A stretch of DNA of 64,000 nt from Macrostomum lignano (taxonomy: Eukaryota): contig NIVC01002930.1 in NCBI GenBank assembly GCA_002269645.1, positions 1 to 64,000 of the forward strand, given 5' to 3'. A program made the translations under genes and the position numbers. Below the pieces are notes generated by a model, which saw only the letters and a program-made list of their open reading frames with translations, was not told the origin of the DNA and searched no databases. Below, piece after piece: positions 1 through 9,686 of the stretch. Each line of letters begins with the position of its first letter. Positions within the stretch are counted from its first letter, which is position 1.

Positions 1-714
1 CTGCACATCAAGCTGATGCCCAGTGAAGCTGCATTTGCCATCCGAACCCCAGATGAGAACAACACAGCCTACCGAATTGAAATTTCCCATTGTATTCTGA
101 ACCTGCGCCGAGTCAAAGTGGCGCCTCACATCAGCCTAGCGCATGAGCAGGGACTTACCAATCAGAACGCACTTTACCCCATCGAGCGAACCGAAATGCA
201 AAACTTCATTCTACCCCAGGGAATTCAGTCAAAAAACATTGAAGGATTCACCCATGGCAAACTGCCGAAGTTCGTTATGCTGGTCTTCGTGAACCACCGA
301 GCCTTCAATGGCCATCACCATTCCAGCCCCTTCGAGTTCCAGAGCTTCAACCTCAGCCAGCTAGCACTAAAGAAAGGTGGTGAAGCCATGTGCCACGCTG
401 CATTTGCACCTGAGAATAATTCATTCGTGAGAGAGTACTTGCACTACCTGAAAAGCTGTCAGTCTGCCAGCCCTACCAACTCGGTTCCGTGGGTCCCCTA
501 CCAGTTGTTCTCCAACGGCAACACAGCTTTCGCATTCGATCTCACGCCTGAGGGAGCGGCCCTGTGGTACGGACAGAAGGAGGGAAATTTGCGGCTGGAG
601 ATTCGCTTCCGACAGGCCCTGGAGGAGCCTGTATCTCTGATTGTTATGTGCCTGTATGACTCACTGATTGAGGTCACGAAGCACAGGGAGATTCTGCTAG
701 ATTTTCCATCCTAG
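1..714 (+). CDS. Polinton double-jelly-roll major capsid protein, C-terminal part (5' truncated by the window edge)
   Basis: Frame is open from base 1 (LHIKL-MPSE...). Motifs LNLRRVKVAP, YPIERTEM, LPKFVMLVFVNHRAFNG, SPFEF, AFAFDLTP, GNLRLEIRF and IEVTKHREILLDF match the Polinton MCP C-terminal pattern. Confidence 0.9.
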   Translation: MHIKLMPSEAAFAIRTPDENNTAYRIEISHCILNLRRVKVAPHISLAHEQGLTNQNALYPIERTEMQNFILPQGIQSKNIEGFTHGKLPKFVMLVFVNHRAFNGHHHSSPFEFQSFNLSQLALKKGGEAMCHAAFAPENNSFVREYLHYLKSCQSASPTNSVPWVPYQLFSNGNTAFAFDLTPEGAALWYGQKEGNLRLEIRFRQALEEPVSLIVMCLYDSLIEVTKHREILLDFPS

Positions 715-737
715 GAGTACGCTGGCGCAACGCTAAT

Positions 738-1276
738 ATGGATGCTTTTCAACTGCTTAAACTGGCTAAAAGCTTTTTGCCACAAAATAACTATTTAATT
801 ATTGTCTTGAATTCAATAAATAAAACATCTTATGCTTTAAACTTTATTCAGCGAGCAACTCTCAAAAGAAATTTATCTCGATGTAGTTTATTTTCTTTCT
901 GCTTCAGTACGGCTCGTCCTTTGGTCACTGGGTGGTTTGTTATGCCAATAAGGAGAATTCCATAGAACTCTTTAACTCTCTGGGCTGGGACTCAAGCACT
1001 TTAGAGATCATTCACAGAGCACTGAAATCCTTTTGGTATTCTCCATTCTACTTACGTAGCAATGTGAATCGAATTCAGAGCTGCAACTCTGCTAAATGCG
1101 GTTTGTTCTGTCTCTTGTTTGCCTATCAAAAGTTTCGTTTCAAGCGCTCGTTTGAGTGGGTTCTGCGGCACCTCCATGCAAATCAGCAGAGCCACTTGAA
1201 TGAAAGAATTCTGCAAAGGTTTGAGAGTTGCTTAAGAAAAAAAAATTTAATTAGACTTTTAAAATCAAGGATTTAG
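738..1276 (+). CDS. Adenain-like cysteine maturation protease; N-terminus is not in frame with the catalytic part
   Basis: The frame of ORF 932 gives GSSFGHW (His codon 926-928), ELFNSLG and IQSCNSAKCG. The ATG at 738 (MDAFQL) is in another frame, and the catalytic frame has a TAG at 884-886. Confidence 0.8.
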
Positions 1277-1287
1277 CTCAACAGGCG

Positions 1288-1941
1288 ATGGAAACACGTG
1301 AGCGGATAAACTGTTATGATGTGCGCCTGCGACAAGGAAGCTGCATGATTGTCAGCGGGCCTACAAATGCAGGAAAGACAACCTTCGTGAAACATCTGAT
1401 ACAATACAAGGATGTCATGTTTGATGTGAAGCCTGGGAGAGTTCTGTGGTACTACGGAATTTCACAAGCAGCACACTCTGAGCTCAGCAGTCTCGGCGTG
1501 CACTTGCAGCAGGGATTTCCCAGCAGTATCGAGACCGCACTGAGACCCAATGACCTGGTTGTATTTGATGACCTGATTGAAGAAACTTCCAATTCTGCTG
1601 CAATGCGAAATGTTTTCACTGGAATTGCCCATCATTTGCCCTGCTTTCTGGTTATGCTGACCCAAAATGTATTTTTTAAAGGGAAGGAGTTGCGAACAAT
1701 GAGTCTGAATGCGATGTACTTTGTGATCATGAAGAACCCCAGAGACCAGCTGCAGATTGCGGCGCTGGGCAGGCAGTGTTTTGCTGAGAAGCCCGGCTTT
1801 CTGCTGTCAGTGTTCAAGCACGTGACATCGCACGGCAGGGGAGCCTACCTGCTCCTGGATTTTCACCCTTCCACCCCTGATGAGCTGCGGGTCCGGGCTC
1901 GAATCCTGCCCAATCAGCGACCCCACCTGGTTTACACTTAA
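1288..1941 (+). CDS. Viral DNA-packaging ATPase (A32/FtsK-HerA superfamily)
   Basis: Walker A GPTNAGKT, Walker B LVVFDDL, then AHH, TQN, RTMSLNAMY and KNPRD motifs typical of Polinton ATPases. Intact 217 aa. Confidence 0.95.
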   Translation: METRERINCYDVRLRQGSCMIVSGPTNAGKTTFVKHLIQYKDVMFDVKPGRVLWYYGISQAAHSELSSLGVHLQQGFPSSIETALRPNDLVVFDDLIEETSNSAAMRNVFTGIAHHLPCFLVMLTQNVFFKGKELRTMSLNAMYFVIMKNPRDQLQIAALGRQCFAEKPGFLLSVFKHVTSHGRGAYLLLDFHPSTPDELRVRARILPNQRPHLVYT

Positions 1942-1988
1942 GAATAACAGCCGAGATTTTGCCATTTGCTCTATATTCTGCAACACTA

Positions 1989-2306
1989 ATGATAATGGAA
2001 ACATTCGACTCACATGAAAGTTTGTTTGATGTTCTCGCCTCACCGAAATATTCCATCAGCTTTAAACGTCTGTTGATCAGAGCGGGTCCAAAAGCAGTAC
2101 ATGAATTTCTCATTGAGGCCTGCTATAACCTATTGCAAAACACTCTGTCGTTCTCACTCACTGAAAAGGCAGCGCTAGTGAAGCAAAAGCAAATAATCCG
2201 CAAAATTTCTACACATAGAAGAGCTGCGGATCTGCTAAATACGGGTTTTATCAAAATTCTCTACATTCTAATAAAGCTAGTGAAGAAAAAGAAACAAAAT
2301 GAATAA
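1989..2306 (+). CDS. Conserved small basic Polinton protein
   Basis: First ATG at 1989. LIEACYNLLQNTLSFSLTEKAALVKQKQIIRKIS resembles the small basic ORF usually next to the Polinton ATPase. Its end overlaps the next ATG by 8 nt. Confidence 0.65.
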   Translation: MIMETFDSHESLFDVLASPKYSISFKRLLIRAGPKAVHEFLIEACYNLLQNTLSFSLTEKAALVKQKQIIRKISTHRRAADLLNTGFIKILYILIKLVKKKKQNE

Positions 2307-2991
2307 GTTCTCAGAAATGGTTCTGATCCCCAAGTCAGAATACGACATGCTCACACAGAATTTGAAGCCAGTTGAGTCTGAACTCGACACTGCTGTGAGA
2401 TATGCGCAGAGGAAATGCAATGATATTTTGCTTGCCGAGGATTGCCCAGACGATGTGAAAGCTGCCATGTACCATGATGCGATGAAGAGTTTGCTGGCCA
2501 AGCGCAAGCGGACTGGAAAGGATGATGCGGTACCTGCGAGTGATGCAAAGATGCTGAAAACTGATATTGCACCAAGCAGCTGGGGGGAAAAGATCACCCA
2601 ATCCGTGCCGCAGAAGTTTAAAGCGAGAGCCCGCAGTCTATGGGCCATCCTATCTGGCAATCCTTCTCTGATTCGGGTGTCCGAAAATGGCGAGGCGCAA
2701 ATTTGTGGGAAGACAATACCCTCCTCAAACATCCTGGATTTGTTTCACAGTGCCGTGAGGGATTCGAAATGTGCCAGCGAGCCGGTGGGCTGGAGTGAGT
2801 TTGTCTCATTGCTCCAAGATAAAAAGCTTAACATCCCAGCTTCGGCCATAGGAAAGTCAGTTAGGCAGCTAATTTCTAAACCTGCTGTTTCTCCAGAGGC
2901 CGCCCCTGCTCATCATACAGTTAAAGGATTCGGGAGTGGGAGAGCTTGGCTACAGCTGAACAGGAAAAAACTATTTAAGAAGGGGAACTGA
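2299..2991 (+). CDS. Conserved uncharacterised Polinton protein
   Basis: MVLIP N-terminus and KARSLW, GEAQICGKTIPSSNILDL, PVGWSEF and NIPASAIG motifs recur in Polinton ORFs. Intact 230 aa. Confidence 0.75.
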   Translation: MNKFSEMVLIPKSEYDMLTQNLKPVESELDTAVRYAQRKCNDILLAEDCPDDVKAAMYHDAMKSLLAKRKRTGKDDAVPASDAKMLKTDIAPSSWGEKITQSVPQKFKARARSLWAILSGNPSLIRVSENGEAQICGKTIPSSNILDLFHSAVRDSKCASEPVGWSEFVSLLQDKKLNIPASAIGKSVRQLISKPAVSPEAAPAHHTVKGFGSGRAWLQLNRKKLFKKGN

Positions 2992-3031
2992 GTCGGCTTC
3001 CCGATATCAGGCATCTTGAAACCATCCGATC

Positions 3032-3545
3032 ATGAACTATATTGACTTCCAAGGCTTCCCACGCGAGAGATCGAGCAGAGATTTCGTTGTGAAGGAGCTA
3101 GCCATTGCCCAAGTCCGGGCAGGCAGTTACCATATCACTCATCACGTGTACGCCTCTCCGTTCTCATGGGAGCGAATCTCACCTGAGATGCAGGTGCATT
3201 ACAGAAAGCTCTCAAAGAATTTGCATCATTTCAAGTGGACAGATGGATCCCGATCGTACATGCATTTGGCAAATGACATTCTAAACATTGCTTACGGCCC
3301 CACCTGGACAAGCGGGGTGAAAAAGTCCATCTTTCTGACTGAGCTGCTTGGCAGACAGGTGTACAACCTAGAGGATCTGGGATCACCTTTGATTCAAGCA
3401 TCTGATACTGGTTGTGCAGTGAAAAATGTATTGCTCTACTACAACTGGCTGAAGCCAAAGTTCTGTATCAACTTAAGAAGCGAGGTGTGCCCGCACCACT
3501 CAAAGGCTCTCAAAGACAGCACCACTGACAGAAAGGACTCTCTAA
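3032..3545 (+). CDS. DEDD/DnaQ-like exonuclease-fold protein of Polinton type, probably catalytically altered; 3' end uncertain
   Basis: YIDFQGF, FVVKELAI, HHFKWTDG, VYNLEDLG and CAVKNV...W pattern. The frame has no stop of its own before 4109, so the end given is the start of the next gene. Confidence 0.6.
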
Positions 3546-4111
3546 ATGAGTACACCTGCGACAGCCCTGCGAGTGACCAATCTGGTTGGCGGCGTGGATC
3601 TGAGGCTGGCTGGAGGCAGGGGTGCCCAGTTGCCTCTGCGGGAACTGGCTCTCAGCATGGCTCATGTCATCTATCGCCCCGTCTGGCCCGAGTGCTCATC
3701 AAGAGGATGCGGAATCCCAGAGTGACTCTGTTGCTCTATCCGACTGGACAACTGAGTATCTGTGGCGCCCGGAGCTACTCGGCCTCAGTCAAGGCTGCCC
3801 GTCGCTTCGTGGCTATGCTGCATCGCAGAGTTCCGCCTCAACTGCTGCCTCGTCAATCCGTTTGTGTCCGAATTAAGACTATTACTGCTTATGGAAAAAT
3901 AGACTTGCCCAAGGCTCTATCACTAAGAAACCTCTGTGAAGTGCTACCGAATGCGAAATATGAACCTGAAAGTTTTACTGCTTTAGTTTGTCAGCTTCAA
4001 TACTGCAAGTGTACGCTTTTTCACAATGGCTCATTTGTGCTCAGCGGAGCAAAGTCTAAGCATATGCTACAATCAGACCGTTCCCTATTAGCTTGCTTGC
4101 TTTCAAACTGA
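3546..4111 (+). CDS. TATA-box-binding-protein-like (TBP/TFIID core) protein with a 1-nt frameshift at 3677-3680
   Basis: From ATG 3546: MSTPATALRVTNLVGGVDL...LPLRELALSMAHVIYRP. One extra C in the CCCC run continues as RLARVLIKRMRNPRVTLLLYPTGQLSICGARS...YEPESFTALV...TLFHNGSFVLSGAKS, giving two TBP repeats in about 188 aa. AATAAA follows the stop directly. Confidence 0.85.
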
Positions 4112-4671
4112 AATAAATAAAAAGAAAGAATAAATCGCGGCTTGTTTAATTAAAATATTCAAATTAATTCTCTCTCATGCACTAGCTTTTTTGTCTTCAT
4201 TTTTAATTGCAATGAAAAACCAGTGGTGAACATCTTGTAGAGATAAACAAATAGCAAGCTAAAAGCAAATACGAGCAAGCAGATAAACCACTACAAAAAT
4301 AGGAAAAAATAGTCCAAAAGCAGATGGAATATATTAAAACTTATAAAGCAATATCAGGATTCAAAAAACCAACCACAAAGTACAGGTAAAATTAGAAAAA
4401 AATAAAACTCTCACATGCCATCACCGCAAACACCACCACCACCACTAACGAAGCATTGGTTTCATTATCATCATCGCGCAATTGTAAGTAAATATTGTGA
4501 AGCAAAAAATTGTTGCTAGCCTCAGCAGATGATCAAAGTTTTTATTGCATTTGGAAAAAATCCTATTTAGATTAGCGGTTAACCTTTATTCAATGTCAAA
4601 GAAAGAAACTTTGAAATCGCAAAGAAATTATTGTTTTTGTTTAGCAAGCTTGTTGTACTCATTATTCAATT

Positions 4672-4720
4672 TCAAAGTAGTCGGCGCCGTTTTGATGATT
4701 TCTGCTGCTGTTGCTGCTGC

Positions 4721-4751
<31 letters not shown>

Positions 4752-4762
4752 GCTGCTGTTGC

Positions 4763-4831
<69 letters not shown>

Positions 4832-7800
4832 AGCAGCCGAATGTGACCAAATGGGAGACTATAGTTAGGGCTCAGCCAAGCGCGCTTGTCTTCCCAAATG
4901 CTTAAGGCACACTTCCGCTGCTGCAAAGTGTACAGTCGGTGATGGATGCTGGCAATACGATGAACAACGACAGAATGGCTGCAGAGCTCATTGAACACCC
5001 TTAGGTAGTCACTGTGAGCCAGCTCTTTCTTAACAATGCATCCTTGAACTCCTTTGGCCTTCTTCTTTTCCGCGGCTTGGCTACTCGCCTTGAATGAGTA
5101 AAGCTTCGGCCTTAGGAGCAGCCACTCCTCAAAGCGAGCACCGGCTGCTTCATCCTTAATGCAGCCAAGTCGCGCTTTTAAATCATTCGAGAATAGCGCG
5201 TGCTCTTGAGGATAGTTTGAAGTGTCGAGCAGCTGCTTCGACTTCAACAGCGGTAGAACTTTAGACTGAACGCTCATGTTGCTGATTGAGAGAAAGAAAG
5301 AATCGGTATCACCACCGCATAGCTTGATGACACCTCCATCGTTCTCTATCCAGGGCTTCAGTTTGTCGTAAAACAGCTCGTACATAATCATTTTCGAAAA
5401 GTCTAGGACGCATTGCCCGATAAAAATAGGCCGATCGAGCTTTAATTTTGTCTTTTGCAGTTCCAAAACGCTTAGTGAATCAGTAATTATGATAAAATTG
5501 GTAATTGTCGGCTTGGCAAGCAGTACCTTTACCTTTTCCACGTTGGTGCAGACTCGAATATCACGCCGCTTTCGCACATTCTCCATAGTTTTGCCGAATA
5601 GCGCGTTATTCTTTAACTTGTAGAAATCCTTTTCGAAGTTGGTTTTCGCTGCAGCCCGCTTCTGGCTATTTTTCTCGACGTAGGCAGCAAAGAGAGGCTC
5701 TTGGTGAAACTCAATCATGCGATTGATGCGTCTAACCCGCATTCCATGGTTCAGGTAGAACGCCAAAATAGAGGAATGAACCACATAGGAAGGCTTATCG
5801 TGACAAGTGAGCATCAGCTTCTCTGTCGGATGATAGGTGGAGTTCTCCGTACCGACCTTTTCCCACAGCTGCTGCATGTATTCAGGAAATTCCCTGAAAT
5901 TCGGGGCAGCCTTTTCCGGTGCAAATGGTAGGTCTTCGGTGGTTTCGTGAATCTCTGGGGGATACTCAAGGTCAACATCAAAGAGGTAGGCGAGTGGATC
6001 GGTTAGCTTGAGTCCTCGAATGCGATCTTCAGTCCACAAAAGCAGCTCATCATCGTCCAGCCAACGGAATCCTCCGACTGGTAAGTTCATAGTGAGCGCC
6101 TGTCCATACAGGTTGTTTGCATCCACAGCAAGAAGCTCGGTGAGGCCAGCATGAATAGTAGGAGTGCCACCATCAACATCCTCATTGCTGTCAACACCAG
6201 TGCTGGCGCCCGCTGCTGAGGTAGCCTGCACTTTGTGGATGTTAACAAACGACATGCCGCCGCGAATGCCGCGCTCAAACAGCGAATACATCTGCGCATC
6301 TGTTAGCAGTTCAATCCCTGACTTGATGGATTTCAATGCCGAAGCGAATGATAGGCCTGGTGTCGAAATAAAATGGACTGGATCAAGGCCATCCTCTTGC
6401 ATGCTGATCTTGCGAAAATTTTCAAAAATATCAGCCAACTGCCTGATGTCGAGCTCGAGGTAGCACAGCATGTACTCTTTTAGATTTGAAACCTGAAATT
6501 CTCGCCAGGCGCGTTGAGCATGCTCATAGTCAGAGTTGGTGCAGTGGCTCTTAGTCAGAGCATTGTAGAAGCTCTCTTGGCTGGGAAGCACGGCATCCTT
6601 CAGCACGTCTGAATTTTTAAGATAGTCATACGGGAAAACTCCCTTGCTGAAAAGCACTTCGGATGATAGCAGTGGGAATCTGCTGCTGCGTAGGCGACTA
6701 GTGATACGACATTCAGCCTCTGGTAAATTTTTGATGAGCTGTGAGAGGCTGGCATTAAGAAATTGATTCGAATCAATGAACTGAATAGTAAAATTTAAAG
6801 GCTTGATCTTGCCCTCACTCTCATACTCGCCGATTTTAAATTCGATTTTCATCGACAGAAACTGCTCTGGATTCAGAGGGATGACGGAGATTTTCCAACC
6901 CTCCATCAGACCCAAAGCGGATGACATCATGAGATGGAGATCGTACCCCTTGAAATTGTGGAACACGACGGGAAGGAAAGACCTCTTTAGTCTGGCCTTC
7001 ATATTACAATCAGCACACGCAGCTCCCCGAAATTCTCCGCTGAGGTGGTCGTGATCCCAATGTTTATTGGACCCTTCCGTGAATTCGCTTCTACAATAGC
7101 AGCAAGCTGTGGCTTCTCTGAACTGTCGCCCTGCCATCTCTGTTCTTATCGCTGCTTGTCGACTGAACTCCGTGTTCCAGCCGTAAACTTCACGAGCGAG
7201 CTTCTCCAGCGATTGCAGGAAATCGGAAATGCACTTATTAGGATCGTCGCTGACAAAAGTGCTCACTTTATCATCCGCTCCTCTGGGCGCTAGACCAGTC
7301 ATCCCTTCTCTGTGCAGCACGATGTAGCCAGCAGCAACAGCAATGTGCTCAGTTAACTTCTTCGTTGCTATACCAGCAATCGAATCTTCTTGGCATGGAG
7401 CATTCAATGCTTCGAAGTCGGCGTAAACAACAAATGGCGGACTAATTGTTTTTTCCCATGATGAGAATCGGAGAATATTATTCCTTTCATCTGGCAACTC
7501 TTCCTTGACGTTGATCACTCCAGGTTGACAAGGAGCTCGGCTGTGTTCTTCAAAGGCTGCATCACTATGAAAGGGCAGCAAGCAGCGCTCACACCACTTC
7601 CGCCGATGCAGAGCTGCCTTGCTATTAAGAAGCCTGTTGATGCTTGAAACAGCACACCAATGACCCGAGGCCTCGTCTTCTGATGGTGGAATAAATAAGA
7701 GTAGAACAACTTCTCGATCTTTAATTGTAGCTGCAGTAGGCAAGCGGAGGACTTGAGCGCTCTCTTTCTCCCAGATGAAAACCGTGAAGCAAAGTCTCGG

Positions 7801-8987
7801 GTTCAGTCTCTCAACAATGGAAAGGTCGGTGACATTGATTGGCAAGTCAATTCCACTCATGTTAAGTTCATCCAGCCAGTCAGTGTAGGAAGACTCGCGT
7901 TGCGCTGATTTCTTTATTTTGTTGTCTTCCTTGTGCAGAAAAGCAAGGCATGCGTAAAGAAAGCAATTTACACCATTGCTTGGAGGACAAATAACCGCCT
8001 TCTTCCGAAGAAGTGGAGTCGGTAGAATAAATTCCGCAGCATGCCCCGTGTAGTAGGAAACTCGTTCGACGAGAGCTGAGTAAAGTTCAAAAAAATTGAT
8101 TTTTTCAATTATCCAGCCACTACCGTTGGTGTTGTAGACATCGACTTTGCGCTCCAGCTCTGTAAACTGCTGTCTCCACCAATCATCAAACTCCTGTATA
8201 TCTACCACCAATCCGAGTTGTGTGCTCATCCATTTATCCTCCCCCTTGACAGCTTCTGACGCCTGCACTCTGACCATGCGCAAATTCAGTTTGATCTGAG
8301 CTTTAACAGAGCAATTATCCGAAGAGTCGAAGCGAATTTCAAGACACTGCTGCACTGCGATTTTGCAGAAATCGAGAAACTCGAATGTTTCAGTGGCAGC
8401 TCCAGGTGTAAATCGATGAACTTGAAGAACATCTTCGTGAGCGCTGGTTTTTAACGCCAGGGTGAATGAAGGTCCTACAATTGAAGAAGGGAAGATAGTA
8501 TTAAAAATATTTATGGAAAGTGGAAATGATGAGAAATGTCTCTGGGAGTTATGGAAGTCGAATATTTTATTGCCCTTTTTTACACTTACGAGTATACTAT
8601 TTATCCTACTACCTTATATCTAGATTTAATATTTTTTTATTAATCAATACGAGCTACGTATAAGTGTAAAAAAAGAATTTGAAGAGTTATTATTGAAGAA
8701 ATAGATGGAGTTCTGCTTTCGCATTTTTGTCAATTCATCTAATGAGGAATAAAAATGTCTCATTATTGTGAGTTCTCCGGCTTAATCCTGTTGGGAACCA
8801 TTTGGGAATTGTTGTGTAGGCGAGAAAAATATAAATAATTCCGTTGCTAAGAGACAGGAATGCAACAAACAGAAATGCATGAGTTCATAAAACCAGCAAT
8901 GGAATGAAAAAACTTACCACTCGGTCCAAATTCGTGGCTGACAGCTGGGTCCACCGGCTCGTCCTCTTGACTCGATGAGGTGGCCAT
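4672..8987 (-). CDS. Protein-primed family B DNA polymerase (pPolB); predicted exons 8987-8918 and 8474-4672
   Basis: ExoI YADFE, ExoII FHNFKGYD, KGVFPYDY, ExoIII YLELDI, motif A DANNLYG, motif B KLKNNALFGK, motif C DTDS, RPKLY and KAKGV. GSGW motif, OTU-like Cys/His pair and an EndoVII-like insert. GTAAGT donor at 8917 and pyrimidine-rich TAG acceptor at 8476-8475, both phase 1. Confidence 0.95.
4702..4830 (-). repeat. CAG/CAA trinucleotide tract encoding 42 Gln and 1 Arg at the pPolB C-terminus
   Basis: Read directly: (CTG/TTG)n on the + strand, in frame between GHIRLL and KSSKRRRLL*. Confidence 0.95.
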
Positions 8988-9686
8988 TGCAGAGAATTAA
9001 TATTAGAAATAGAGCGACATTTAGTGAAGAACTCAATGCTGCTGAAATTCCAGTGTAAAAGTGTTGTTTGATAAATTTAACCCAAGAGCGATTCTGTCAG
9101 AGATGTAGTGGAGTGATAAATTTCCAGCATTCAGAGCTCTATGGAGCAGAAATTGAATCTAACCAAAGTCATGCTTGACAAACCAAATTCATGTCATTCT
9201 AAACATTGGGTATCATAGATCATCAATCCCATATTATACTCATAGAGTTGAGTAGATGCTGTGAACCTAACGGTAATTCTATAAGCGAGTGAACCTATAA
9301 CTTCTTCGAAGATATTCACATGATTGAAAAAAAACAAGTAATGAATTCAACAAAGTCCAAGAAAGTGCAAAAGCTTTCATTAAAAGCAACCATCAATCCA
9401 TTATATTTCTGGTAAAGCATTTCGCAATGCAAAAAATCATGCTCGTTAGTCACCCTACTAATTAAAGCTGCTTATTAAAGCTTTATTATAAGAATAAGTT
9501 TGAACAGTAAGCCTAAATTATTTTCTTTTTCACTTTGTTTATGAGAAACCTGTATGAGCACGATGAGGTGCAACGTAATTAGTTAATATTTATGCAGGGT
9601 AGAATGCATTGGTTTTACCCTAAAAATCTACAAATCTCGTTTCCCCTACTTTTAAATACTTTGAACTGGGACACTTTAAGAGCTAC

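Noticed and set aside
3032-4111. A single 359-aa exonuclease-TBP fusion protein as called by the ORF track
   Set aside because: The TBP first-repeat N-terminus is in another frame from ATG 3546 and aligns without gaps after a 1-nt correction, so two genes are more parsimonious. Kept as an alternative in the findings.
4545-4868. Poly-Val/Ala, poly-Cys and poly-Ser/Asn ORFs
   Set aside because: Alternative frames of the pPolB polyQ tract.
5701-7709. Short ORFs antisense to or overlapping pPolB; likewise those overlapping the ATPase, RPB5, MCFD2, Bcl-2-like and kinase genes
   Set aside because: Shadow frames of well-supported genes with no independent signals.
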